A stretch of 64,000 bases of DNA from a virus: the IMG/VR virus record IMGVR_UViG_2802428989_000001, positions 1-64,000 of that record, one strand, 5' to 3'. A model generated the notes under the pieces. That model saw only the letters and a list, made by a program, of their open reading frames with translations. It was not told where the DNA came from and made no database searches. Both the position numbers and the translations under genes were made by a program. Shown here piece after piece: positions 26,060 to 35,822 of the stretch (position 1 is the first letter of the stretch; each line of letters begins with the position of its first letter).

Positions 26060-26548
26060 ATGGCTGGAATAGGCCCGCGTCCCAAGGACCCGGATCGGCT
26101 CGCAGGACACGGCGCGCGCCGCGGTCGCGACAACATAATGCGCATCATCCCCGCTAAGCCTGTTGAACAGCCTCCGCTACCGCAGTTCGACCTTGAGGTC
26201 AGCGTTGACGGTCAGATAGTCGCCCAACAGTTCAAGTGGCCCGCGCGGACGGTCGAGTGGTGGCAGATGTGGAAGGAATCGCCGCTGTCGAAGGAGTTCA
26301 CTTCGACGGACTGGTCAGAACTGCTTGATACCGCGGTGCTGCACGCCCGGTACTGGACTGGCGACGTGAAAGTGGCCGCCGAACTGCGGTTGCGCGTTGC
26401 CAAATTCGGCGCGACACCGGAAGACCGCGCTCGTCTGCGTATTCAGTTCGCCGCGGCCAATGAGGCCGACAAGAGGGCTATCCAGCCGAGCGGGAAGTCC
26501 GATGGCGGGTCCAAAGGGCGGTACGGGCCGCTGGGGTCGACGGGCTAA
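26060..26548 (+). CDS. Terminase small subunit.
   Basis: Position immediately upstream of the terminase large subunit. Size and basic N-terminus typical of actinophage small subunits. Confidence 0.65.
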   Translation: MAGIGPRPKDPDRLAGHGARRGRDNIMRIIPAKPVEQPPLPQFDLEVSVDGQIVAQQFKWPARTVEWWQMWKESPLSKEFTSTDWSELLDTAVLHARYWTGDVKVAAELRLRVAKFGATPEDRARLRIQFAAANEADKRAIQPSGKSDGGSKGRYGPLGSTG

Positions 26549-28291
26549 TTGCCCTGGAAGCCAACGGTCCCCGGTGAGCGTCCCACGCTCGGCTGGGCCG
26601 TACTCGACTGGATAACCGAGTACCTCCCAGTCGTTGACGGCCCCAGCTTGGGTGAGCCGCTGATCTTCACGCCGGAACAGGCGCATTTCGTCGCCCGGCT
26701 CTATGAAGTGGACCCGCTGTTCAAGCCTGGGACCTCGATCGTCGGCCGAGCGATGAATAACGGCCGGCTGATCCGCCGCGCGGTGCTTTCCCGGCCCAAG
26801 GGTTGGGGTAAGTCGCCGCTGGTGGCCGCGCTGTGCATCGTCGAGGCAATCGGCGATGTGGTCATGGACGGCTGGGACGCTGATGGCCAGCCCGTAGGCC
26901 GCCCCTGGGTCGATCTCGGCATCAAGCCGAAGGTCCAGATCATCGCCGTCTCAGAGGATCAGACCGCCAACACCTGGGACCCATGCCTAGACATGGTGCG
27001 CAGCAGCGATCGGCTGCTCGATGACTACGACGTTGACCCGATGGAAACCTTCATCACCGTTCCGCGCGGCCGAATCGAGGCCGTCACGTCGGCCGGAATC
27101 AGTCGCGAAGGTTTCCGGCCCGTCTTCACCGCAATGGATCAGACTGAGAGCTGGACCGAGACCAACGGCGGGCTGCGGCTCGCCGGGACCATCCGCCGGA
27201 ACCTCGGTAAGGTCAACGGCTGCTCTGTCGAGACCCCAAACGCGTTTCTACCTGGTGAGAACACCGTCGCCGAACGTTCGTGGAAGACATACCAGGCGCA
27301 GCTCATTCGTGCCGAGCGCCCACAAGGTGAGGGCCGCGTGCCTGGTGGCCTCTACTACGACCACCGCGAAGCGCCACCGGAAACTGATCCGTCCGACTAC
27401 GACTCGCTGCGCGAGGGGTTGCGGGTGTCGTACGGCGAGTCAGCCGATGACAACGGCGGATGGGTCAACCTTGATCGGATCATCCAGGAATATTGGGATG
27501 ACGACACCGACCCGCAGGACGCGCGTCGGTACTACCTGAATCAGATCACTCACGCCTCGGACCAGTGGATCAGCCAGATCGAGTGGAGTGCGATTCGCGT
27601 TGGCGACGAGAACAAGCCAGACCTAAACCCCATCAAGCCAGGCGACTTCATCGCGGTTGGGTTCGACGGCTCACGCGGCCGTCAGCGCGGAAAAGCTGAC
27701 GCCACAGCGCTGATCGGATGCCGCATTCACGATGGCCGACTGTTCACAATCGGCATCTGGCAGGCCGAGAAACACGAAAAGAACTGGGTGCCACCGGTTC
27801 ACGAGGTGGACGCCGCGGTGCGCAAGACGTTCGCAGATTTCCGGGTTATCGCGTTCAACGCTGACCCAACAGGCTGGACTGAGCAGGTAGTGGCCTGGGA
27901 AAAGGACTTCGGGCGACGGCTCAAGGTCAAGTGCTCCGTCAAGAACCCGATGATGGCCTGGCCGAAGGGCAAGGGCATCAACGTAGTCGAGCATGTTGAG
28001 ATATTTCGTCACGCCGTCGTTACGTCGGGCCAGGACGCCGGCGCGGAGGACTCCGTCATCACGATCAGCCACGGCGGTGACCTCGCGCTGACGCAACACA
28101 TTCTCAACGCGCGAAAACGGGCCGCCAGCCGCGGGTACCTGATCCACAAGGCATATCCAGAGTCTCCCAACAAGATTGACGCCGCATATGCGGCAGTCAT
28201 GGCGTACAAGGGACGGCTCGACTGCTACGCCCAAGGTATCGGCGTACGCGTCAACTCATCTAGCCAGGGAAGGATGGTAGTGCTCGGATGA
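26549..28291 (+). CDS. Terminase large subunit.
   Basis: Walker A-like 'RPKGWGKSPL'. ATPase plus nuclease architecture. 580 aa. Confidence 0.9.
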   Translation: MPWKPTVPGERPTLGWAVLDWITEYLPVVDGPSLGEPLIFTPEQAHFVARLYEVDPLFKPGTSIVGRAMNNGRLIRRAVLSRPKGWGKSPLVAALCIVEAIGDVVMDGWDADGQPVGRPWVDLGIKPKVQIIAVSEDQTANTWDPCLDMVRSSDRLLDDYDVDPMETFITVPRGRIEAVTSAGISREGFRPVFTAMDQTESWTETNGGLRLAGTIRRNLGKVNGCSVETPNAFLPGENTVAERSWKTYQAQLIRAERPQGEGRVPGGLYYDHREAPPETDPSDYDSLREGLRVSYGESADDNGGWVNLDRIIQEYWDDDTDPQDARRYYLNQITHASDQWISQIEWSAIRVGDENKPDLNPIKPGDFIAVGFDGSRGRQRGKADATALIGCRIHDGRLFTIGIWQAEKHEKNWVPPVHEVDAAVRKTFADFRVIAFNADPTGWTEQVVAWEKDFGRRLKVKCSVKNPMMAWPKGKGINVVEHVEIFRHAVVTSGQDAGAEDSVITISHGGDLALTQHILNARKRAASRGYLIHKAYPESPNKIDAAYAAVMAYKGRLDCYAQGIGVRVNSSSQGRMVVLG

Positions 28292-29778
28292 CCACTGCAA
28301 TCGCGCTGCCGTCGCTCCAGCTGTCGAAGGACGAACAAGCCGTACTGATGGATCTGACTACTCAGCTCCAGAAGCACCAGGGCGAAAACCTGATCAAAGA
28401 GCAGTACTACGAGGCTAAGCGCCGAATGGAAGATCTCAAGATCGCCATTCCTCCAACACTTTCCAATCTGATGTGCTGCGTAGGCTGGCCCGCCGTCGCT
28501 GTTGACAGTCTAGTTGAGCGGCTGAACTTTGAGGGCTGGTCATACGAGGGTGACGGCGAGGATCGCGACCCGCTGGGGCTCGATGAGATCTTCCTGGAGA
28601 ACGATCTCGATGTCGAGTCGGATGTTAACCACACAGACGGTCTGATGTACGGAACCTCTTTTGTGGCAGTATCTTCCGGGCTAGACGATGAGCCGGAAGT
28701 GGTCGTGACGGTTGAGTCGCCGCGGAACATGACCGCCATCTACGACCCTCGTACGCGGCGCGCTACCTCGGCGTTCCTCCAGATCGTTGATCGCGAGCTG
28801 CGGTTGGTAGGCGGGCGGCTGATTCTGCCCAACGAAATCATTTCTCTGGAATGCGTTCCCATGGAACTCGGCGCGGCGGGTGTGGGAAACATGCGAGTGG
28901 TCGACCGTAACAAGCACAACCTAGAGCGCGTGCTGGTCGCCCAGATGATCAACCGGCCACGGTCGGGTGCGCGCGGCCGCAATGGACACTCTGAAATCAC
29001 CGAAACACTTATCTCGCATACGCAGTCGGGCATGCGGACGCTAGCCAATATGGAAGTAGCGCGCGAGTACCTGGCATCGCCTCAGCGCGCGGTGCTCGGT
29101 GCGAAGGAATCATTCTTCGTCGGGGAGGACGGCAAGCCGGTCCCGGCGTGGAAATCCTATATCGGCCGCATGATCGCACTGGAGCGTGACGAGTATGGCG
29201 AGATCCCTGACATCAAGGAATTCAAGGGCGCCAGCCTGGAATCGTTCTTCGGTCAGATGCGCACACTGAGCCAGCTCGTATCCTCTGAAATTGCTGTCCC
29301 TGCAAACTATTTGGGATTTGAGACAGACAACCCGCCATCTGCCGACGCGATCCGGTCACTAGAGGGTCGCCACGTCAAACGCGCGGAGCAGCGCCAGAAG
29401 ACTTTTGGCCGCGGCTGGTCGGAGACCGCGCGGCTGTGCGTGATGGTGCGTGAAGGCAAGAAGTTCAACGAACTACCCGACGAGATTCGCAAGGTACGCC
29501 CCCAGTGGCGCGACGCCGCAACGCCGACCTTCGCGGCAACATCCGACGCGGTGACCAAGCTCATCGACAAGGGCGTTTACACACCGACATCGCGCGTCAC
29601 CCGCGACAAGCTGGGAATTAGTCGGGCTGATCAGCGACAGATGGAGATTGACGATAAGAAGACGACGGTCACGAACCTCGTCGCGTCGGTCCGTCAAGGT
29701 GTCGAGAATGCACGCCAGGACAGCCAGGTAGCGTCCCTGGCTGACCGTAGAGCGGCATCTGTTGGCCAGCCTGGTTGA
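28288..29778 (+). CDS. Portal protein.
   Basis: 496 aa, directly after the terminase large subunit with an overlapping start. Confidence 0.85.
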   Translation: MTTAIALPSLQLSKDEQAVLMDLTTQLQKHQGENLIKEQYYEAKRRMEDLKIAIPPTLSNLMCCVGWPAVAVDSLVERLNFEGWSYEGDGEDRDPLGLDEIFLENDLDVESDVNHTDGLMYGTSFVAVSSGLDDEPEVVVTVESPRNMTAIYDPRTRRATSAFLQIVDRELRLVGGRLILPNEIISLECVPMELGAAGVGNMRVVDRNKHNLERVLVAQMINRPRSGARGRNGHSEITETLISHTQSGMRTLANMEVAREYLASPQRAVLGAKESFFVGEDGKPVPAWKSYIGRMIALERDEYGEIPDIKEFKGASLESFFGQMRTLSQLVSSEIAVPANYLGFETDNPPSADAIRSLEGRHVKRAEQRQKTFGRGWSETARLCVMVREGKKFNELPDEIRKVRPQWRDAATPTFAATSDAVTKLIDKGVYTPTSRVTRDKLGISRADQRQMEIDDKKTTVTNLVASVRQGVENARQDSQVASLADRRAASVGQPG

Positions 29779-32700
29779 GCAGGCTCAAGCGCTCCAGAGC
29801 GTCCTGGGCGACCTTTCTACGCTATCCACCAAAGACCTTGTGAGCCTGTACAAGAAGCTCGAAGGCGACGGCGCTACCGGTGCCGACTTGCTGGACGCGT
29901 TCAAGGCCGTGTTCCCCGAGGTTGTACAGCCTTACGTCGAGGCCGCATCCGAAGTGGCGAATCAGTGGTACGGGGAGCTGGCACCCGATGAGCCGTACAC
30001 ACCGAAAGCGGTCGCCGCGATCGACGCGGTGCCACTAGACCGCATGATGAACTCTCTGGAGTGGGCGTTTCGCGCCGCTGGCACCGCTCACCCGCTGACA
30101 AGACTGACCGGTTCGGCGCAGCGCATGGTGTTCGACGGTGCTCGCGCGACGATTCTGCACAACGCTGACGCCGAGAATGTCAAGTACTCGCGCCTGGCGT
30201 CGCCGGGTGCGTGCGAGTTCTGTCGAGTGATGGCCACGCGTGGAGCGGTCTACCGCAGCGCTCACGCGGCGCAGGCGGGCCATGACAACTGCCATTGCGT
30301 GCCGGCTGTTGCCCGCGGAAAGCTCAAATTCCAGCGTCCGGGGTACTACCAGGACTGGGATGCCGAGTACATCGAGACGGTCAAACAGCTCGAAGCTGAG
30401 CAGATCAAGCCGACGCTCAACGCGGTCCTGTCGAAAATGCGGGCCAACGAACTGGCCGCGTCAGACAGCGGGCCAACACTGGTAGCGATGTCTACCAAGA
30501 AGTCACCGGCATCGGCGGACCTCGCAAAGTGGCTTGATGCTGAGAAACAGCACCAGGCGGACGTGGCCGCTTGGCTGGACGCCGAGAAGGTAGTCACGAA
30601 GAAGAAGGCCAAGGCCGCGGCGCAGGCGAAGTACGTCGCCAAGAAGAAGGCCACCGCCGAGTGGCTGGCGGCTGAGCAGCAGTACCAGACAGATGTAACG
30701 ACGTGGCTCGCGGCTGAGAAGGACTTCACCAAGAAAAAGGCCAAGGCCGCAGCGCAGGCGAAGTATGTCGCGAACAAGAAGGCGACTGTCGCCTGGCTTA
30801 AGGCCGAGCAGATCTACATCGAGCAGCAGGCCCCACTTGCGACCGCTGCGGCAGCGGCCAAGGCATCCGCGAAGATCACCGCGATGGCGAACGCGGCCGC
30901 GAACGTCGATCTCAAGAAAGCGGCCAAGGCACTCGCGGCGGCCAAGCATGCGGCCAAAAAGAAGGGCGACACTGCCAAGTACAACGTACTGGCCAAGATG
31001 ACGCCCACGGAATACGTGCAATCCAAGGGTGGCAACGCATCCAAGGCCGCGACGACGGCCACCGCCAAGGTCACCACACCGGAGACCGCGCCGACCGCCG
31101 GAGTCGGCACTGTATCCACCGCGACCAAGCCCAAGGTTGTCGTCGGCGAGCTGACAGATTCGCCGAACGTGCTCGCCAGCACCGGTCAGGTACTCGGCAC
31201 GCACGGCGCCACGGTGTACACCGACTCACAGTCTCAGAAGTGGTTGGTCAAGGGGCCCAAGAACCCGAATGATCAATTCCTGGTCACGCTGGATGCGGCA
31301 TCTGCTGAGCTGCAAGCGAAGTCGGGCTTGACGACACCGGCGATGTACATCATGACGGTAGGTGGTAAGCGTCAGTCCGTTCAGTACATGTTCCCCGGAA
31401 GTAAGAGTGCCTTTCCTTCTGGGGTTGACCTGTCCACAATCAGTGAACCTGATCTGTTGACGATCCAGAAGCATCACGCGCTCGACTGGCTGATGGGTAA
31501 TCACGACAGCCATGCTGGGCAGTTCATCCGTACTGGTAGCGGTGAGATCGTCGGAATCGACAAGGGTCAAGCCTTCAAGTATTTCACCGGCGACAAGCTG
31601 GACTGGAACTATCACCCCAACGTCAAGCACGGCACGCCAGAACCCATTTACAACACGCTGTTTCGGCAGTACGCCGAAGGCAAGCCCGGTCAGTTGCTCA
31701 ATCCCTCGGGCGGCGAGCTAGCGGACTACATCCAAGGTTTACAGGCGATTCCAGACAAAGAGATTCGCAACCTATTTCGGCCCTACGCCGAGGGTGCGGT
31801 CAAACAGGGGAAGCTGTTGGTCGAGGCCAACGGTAGCACTCCAACGAACAATGTTGACGCGTTCCTAGACGCAGTTGTTGCCAGAAAGAACAGTCTCGGA
31901 ACCGATCTGAGCGCCTACTACGTCAAGGCTGTCGAAAAGCGTCTGACGAAGACCAAAGTCAAAGGTGAGGTCATCACCGTGCCGCCAGGGATGAGCATCT
32001 CCCAGGGTGACATCCTGCTGCCGACACCATCAGCGACGACGACGGTTCTGTTGCCGTCTGCTGATGTGCTCAAGAAGGCAGGCAAAGCACTCGCATCCGC
32101 GAAGTATCTAGCGAAAAAGAAGGGCGATACAGCCAAGTTCGCCGAGCTGTCGAAGTTGTCACCCGCTCAATACTTGCAGACCAAGAGCGGTGATGGCCTC
32201 GTGCCCACGGCCGCTACCGAGTCACCCACGGGTTCTGCGACCACTATTCAAATTGCCAAGTGGCAAAAGGAATTTCTCCAGAAGTTCGGCTCCAGCGGGT
32301 TCTTCCAGCCTGTCAAGTCGATGGCGGTCGAGAAGGGTATCAAGCTTTCGGAGGCAATCCCAGAGTTCGATAAAGAGTTCGGAATCAACGCCTTGACCGT
32401 GGATCAGATGGTCAACCTGATGGGCTATTACGGCGCGGCCGTCCAGAGCAAGTGGATCAACAAGTATGGCGATCTGCTCGGCGATGACGTAGCCACAAAG
32501 GTGTGGGACAAGCTCAAGGCGCAGGGCAAGTCCACACTCATAGAACCGCCGAAACCTGTTGCCATCAAGCCGGGTACGAAGTACACACCCGAGCATGAGC
32601 AGCCCGTAGCCGAAATCGCCAAGCTGGGTAAGGCTGTCATCGCCAACCCGAAAGCACCGGTTGGATCTGCGGACAACCCGCACATATTCGACGCGAGCGG

Positions 32701-33301
32701 TAAGACGGCGGAGTGGCAGCAGTTCGGATCGCTGATGTCGCCGCAAGACCAGGCATCCTGGAAGGCCAATCAGTACAGCGCCATCAAGTCCTACACCGGC
32801 AGCGGCTATAGCACCATGAACGCGCACGCGCGCGAAGACAAGGTGCCCTCAGCCAAGACGAAGGCGCTCGATTCAGCGTTTTATGAGCACAAGCCTTTCG
32901 AGGAGCACATCGTGCTCAGCCGCGGTACGCACGCTGTTGAGTTCAACGACGAGAACAGTTTGGGAATGAAGTTCAACTTTGCCGACAGCACCGATGTTGA
33001 CGCGCTCAAGGTGCTGGAGGGTGAGACGTACGTGTCCAAGTCCTTCCTGTCCACGTCGATCACCACGGTGCCGGCATTCAGCAACCCGGTCCGCGTGCTG
33101 TACAAAATGAGACCCGGCCAGCGAGGCATTTTCGTCTCAGGCACGCCAGACGGGGCGAACCAACTGACCTCCGTGGGAACACATGAGCGCGAGGTTATCC
33201 TTCCCCGTAACCAGAAGATGAAGGTGCTCGAAGTACGGAAGTCGACCGGGACGCATTCCAAGGTTGACGTGATCGTGGAGGTGGTGGATCAACCTGTCTA
33301 A
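29762..33301 (+). CDS. MuF-family head morphogenesis protein fused to Lys/Ala-rich repeats, a protein-kinase-like (APH/HipA-like) core and a C-terminal R-S-E ADP-ribosyltransferase domain (1179 aa). Start uncertain: TTG at 29762, or GTG near 29840.
   Basis: Follows the portal gene. 'ACEFCRVMATRG...HDNCHC' MuF-like. Repeats 'KKKAKAAAQAKYVAKKKAT'. 'GNHDSHAGQF...VGIDKGQAF' (HGDxxxxN plus IDxG spacing of 18). ART motifs 'YTGSGYSTMNAHAR', 'FLSTSIT' and 'THEREVILP'. Confidence 0.8.
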   Translation: MASLVEQAQALQSVLGDLSTLSTKDLVSLYKKLEGDGATGADLLDAFKAVFPEVVQPYVEAASEVANQWYGELAPDEPYTPKAVAAIDAVPLDRMMNSLEWAFRAAGTAHPLTRLTGSAQRMVFDGARATILHNADAENVKYSRLASPGACEFCRVMATRGAVYRSAHAAQAGHDNCHCVPAVARGKLKFQRPGYYQDWDAEYIETVKQLEAEQIKPTLNAVLSKMRANELAASDSGPTLVAMSTKKSPASADLAKWLDAEKQHQADVAAWLDAEKVVTKKKAKAAAQAKYVAKKKATAEWLAAEQQYQTDVTTWLAAEKDFTKKKAKAAAQAKYVANKKATVAWLKAEQIYIEQQAPLATAAAAAKASAKITAMANAAANVDLKKAAKALAAAKHAAKKKGDTAKYNVLAKMTPTEYVQSKGGNASKAATTATAKVTTPETAPTAGVGTVSTATKPKVVVGELTDSPNVLASTGQVLGTHGATVYTDSQSQKWLVKGPKNPNDQFLVTLDAASAELQAKSGLTTPAMYIMTVGGKRQSVQYMFPGSKSAFPSGVDLSTISEPDLLTIQKHHALDWLMGNHDSHAGQFIRTGSGEIVGIDKGQAFKYFTGDKLDWNYHPNVKHGTPEPIYNTLFRQYAEGKPGQLLNPSGGELADYIQGLQAIPDKEIRNLFRPYAEGAVKQGKLLVEANGSTPTNNVDAFLDAVVARKNSLGTDLSAYYVKAVEKRLTKTKVKGEVITVPPGMSISQGDILLPTPSATTTVLLPSADVLKKAGKALASAKYLAKKKGDTAKFAELSKLSPAQYLQTKSGDGLVPTAATESPTGSATTIQIAKWQKEFLQKFGSSGFFQPVKSMAVEKGIKLSEAIPEFDKEFGINALTVDQMVNLMGYYGAAVQSKWINKYGDLLGDDVATKVWDKLKAQGKSTLIEPPKPVAIKPGTKYTPEHEQPVAEIAKLGKAVIANPKAPVGSADNPHIFDASGKTAEWQQFGSLMSPQDQASWKANQYSAIKSYTGSGYSTMNAHAREDKVPSAKTKALDSAFYEHKPFEEHIVLSRGTHAVEFNDENSLGMKFNFADSTDVDALKVLEGETYVSKSFLSTSITTVPAFSNPVRVLYKMRPGQRGIFVSGTPDGANQLTSVGTHEREVILPRNQKMKVLEVRKSTGTHSKVDVIVEVVDQPV

Positions 33302-33320
33302 CCCCATCCCCACACGCTGG

Positions 33321-33689
33321 TTGCCCAACGGCGTATACGACATCATCAGCGCCGAGCTAGGCGCGTTCTATGACCGGCCGGATTATCCCGGTGCGCGCGC
33401 TGGCGCTGGGCGCTACGTGGATCTTTTCCAAGACCCAGAACTGGAACACCCAATCGGGCGACTCTGGACCAATGACAAAGACGCCTGCGGCCTGCTGCAT
33501 GTGGCAGACGGCGACGAAGTGCTGTACGCCTACGTTGCGCTATCAATTCGGCGCGAATTTGATGGTGGCGAATCTGCTACGGATACCTTTGACTTCATCC
33601 GCGGCGAGTGGCAAGAAGACGGCACACTCACGACAGTCGATCTTGCAGACATCGAAGACTCTTCGATCGAACTTAATGCCAATATATAG
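33321..33689 (+). CDS. Hypothetical protein directly downstream of the ART toxin domain; candidate immunity or accessory protein.
   Basis: TTG start 20 nt after the MuF-ART stop. Acidic. Followed by a strong terminator. Confidence 0.4.
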   Translation: MPNGVYDIISAELGAFYDRPDYPGARAGAGRYVDLFQDPELEHPIGRLWTNDKDACGLLHVADGDEVLYAYVALSIRREFDGGESATDTFDFIRGEWQEDGTLTTVDLADIEDSSIELNANI

Positions 33690-33706
33690 CTCTTAGAACA
33701 GAGTTC

Positions 33707-33737
33707 GGCCCCTAACAAATAGTTAGGGGCCTTTTTC
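33707..33737 (+). terminator. Rho-independent terminator.
   Basis: GGCCCCTAAC-aaata-GTTAGGGGCC, followed by TTTTT. Confidence 0.85.
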
Positions 33738-33774
33738 ATGCCCGAATTAGCTGTGTAACAGGCAATTCGGGCAT
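33738..33774. other. Second 11-bp stem-loop (ATGCCCGAATT ... AATTCGGGCAT) immediately after the terminator.
   Basis: Perfect 11-bp inverted repeat with a 15-nt loop, upstream of the scaffold gene. Confidence 0.5.
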
Positions 33775-33851
33775 CTCACACTTCCGCTCACACCCGAGCG
33801 GATCGCCCGAAACGGGCGCCCCCTCTATGCGAAACGCAGGAGAGATCTCGC

Positions 33852-34472
33852 ATGTCAGAAGAAGCCGGAACCCCCACGCCCAACTCGATGCCCGGAGCGG
33901 CCGAGGCCGCGGCTGGTCAGCAGCCAGACGCGACGGGGGAGAGCATCGACGAGCTGGAAACTTCGTATGACGAACAGCTCGCGGCGCTAGAGAGCGAACG
34001 CGACCAGTGGCGCGACCAGGCGCGTAAGAACGAGGCTCGCGCAAAGACCAACGCGGCCAAGGCGAAGGAACATGATCAGCACTTCGCCGAGTACAAGGCC
34101 GCGTTCGATCGCGAACAGCAGAAGAAGGAAAGCGAGAAGACACCCGATCAGCGTGTGCTAGATCAGGCGGCTCAGGATCGGGCTCGCGCCGAGAAGGCCG
34201 AGGCTGACAAGGCTGAGGCAGACGCTCGCCTTCTGAGATACCAACTGGCCGACGGTATTCCGCCGTTCGCGCTGCCACTGATCACGGCGACTTCTGAGGA
34301 AGAGATCACTGCCGAGGTCGAGGACCTAAAGGCCAAGCTGGCTGCCTACGTCACTGAGGTGACCAATAGCCAGTCCCGCAGGCCAGCTCCCGATCCGGCG
34401 TTTGGGCGGGGCGGTGCCGCTGGAGCAACTCCAGAAGAGCAATTCGCCGCAGCGCTCAGAGGCGTTATTTAG
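33852..34472 (+). CDS. Scaffolding protein.
   Basis: Acidic, coiled-coil rich ('ERDQWRDQARKNEARAK'). Immediately upstream of the major capsid gene. Confidence 0.7.
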   Translation: MSEEAGTPTPNSMPGAAEAAAGQQPDATGESIDELETSYDEQLAALESERDQWRDQARKNEARAKTNAAKAKEHDQHFAEYKAAFDREQQKKESEKTPDQRVLDQAAQDRARAEKAEADKAEADARLLRYQLADGIPPFALPLITATSEEEITAEVEDLKAKLAAYVTEVTNSQSRRPAPDPAFGRGGAAGATPEEQFAAALRGVI

Positions 34473-34505
34473 CAACCACTTTCATTTGAAAGGAGGTCAC
34501 ACCAA

Positions 34506-35399
34506 ATGGCTGGTGTGGACATCAACCGGACTACAAACGGGGTGCTTCTGCCCCCGGCTGTGTCCCAGCAGATCTGGCAGAACGTCCAGCAGGCTTCGAT
34601 CATTCAGCAGCTCGTGCCGCAGATTGATCTGCCCGCTGGTGGTCTGTCCATCCCGATTATCACGGGAGATCCCCAGGCCGAGTGGGTCGATGAGACCGAC
34701 GAGAAGCCGGTTAGCCGTGGATCGCTGAGTTCCAAGAACATCAAGGGCTACACGCTTGCCGTGATCGTCCCGTTCTCGAACCAGTTCAAGCGCGACCTTC
34801 CGGGCCTGTACAACGCCCTGGTCAGTCGCCTTCCGCGTGTCCTGGCCAAGAAGTTCGACCGTACGTGCTTGGGGTTCGATCCCTCGCCCGGTACCGGATT
34901 CGACACTCTCGCGGCTGCGCCGACCGCTTCGATCGCAACCAACGTTTACGACGGCTACGTCGATGCGTTGGAATCGGTTGCCGCGGTCGAGGGCTCAGAC
35001 GTAGAGCGTTGGGTTCTCACCTCTCAGGCCGAGATCGCAGCGCTCGGCGCCAAGGACACGATGGGCCGCCCGATCTTCATCGACTCGGTCACCCGTGAGG
35101 GCCGGGTTGAGCGTGAGATTCTGGCGCGCCCCGTCTCCAAGACCCCGCATGCCTACAAGGCCGGTTCGCCGTCCACCGTGGGCTTCGGTGGCGAGTGGTC
35201 CACGGCGATGTGGGGCTACGTGGAGGGCCTGTCCATCGACATCTCCAGCCAGGCGAGCCTGACTGATGGTGCCGAAACGCTGAACCTGTGGCAGCGCAAC
35301 ATGTTCGCTGTCCGCGTGGAGTTCGAGGTTGGTTTCGCCGTTCGCGACGTGAACCGCTTCGTCCGCATCACGGGCGCGAACGCCGCATCGGGTAGCTAG
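34506..35399 (+). CDS. Major capsid protein (HK97 fold).
   Basis: Strong RBS 'GAAAGGAGG'. 297 aa. Position after the scaffold gene. High expected expression. Confidence 0.85.
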   Translation: MAGVDINRTTNGVLLPPAVSQQIWQNVQQASIIQQLVPQIDLPAGGLSIPIITGDPQAEWVDETDEKPVSRGSLSSKNIKGYTLAVIVPFSNQFKRDLPGLYNALVSRLPRVLAKKFDRTCLGFDPSPGTGFDTLAAAPTASIATNVYDGYVDALESVAAVEGSDVERWVLTSQAEIAALGAKDTMGRPIFIDSVTREGRVEREILARPVSKTPHAYKAGSPSTVGFGGEWSTAMWGYVEGLSIDISSQASLTDGAETLNLWQRNMFAVRVEFEVGFAVRDVNRFVRITGANAASGS

Positions 35400-35417
35400 G
35401 GCAGAAGGGAGCGGACA

Positions 35418-35822
35418 GTGGCCGCCGTCGCAATCACCAGAGGCGAGATTCAGGCACATCTACCGGGTGCGCCCGACGAAGTGGTTGATCGTCTCATCGC
35501 TGGCACGATTGCGCGCGCGGCCCTGTTCGCGCCCTGCATCACATCCGTCGATTTCCCCACCGAGAAGGCGGCCGCTGCAAAAGACATCCTGATCGATGTC
35601 ATCGTGCGTGCCGCCGAATCGGGGAGTGGCGTCCAGAGCAACATCATGGCTGGCCCTTATCAGGTCAGCTCAGATACTTCAAAACCGAGACGCCGTCGCT
35701 TTGAGACCGACGAGATACGCGATCTCAAGGCACTGTGTGGCATCAAGTCGGGCGGTGCGTTCACCATCACGCCGACATACGACGCGACCGACGCATATAC
35801 CGAGGATGTGACCCCGGCGTGA
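35418..35822 (+). CDS. Head-tail connector / adaptor protein.
   Basis: Synteny after the capsid gene. 134 aa. Confidence 0.55.
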   Translation: MAAVAITRGEIQAHLPGAPDEVVDRLIAGTIARAALFAPCITSVDFPTEKAAAAKDILIDVIVRAAESGSGVQSNIMAGPYQVSSDTSKPRRRRFETDEIRDLKALCGIKSGGAFTITPTYDATDAYTEDVTPA

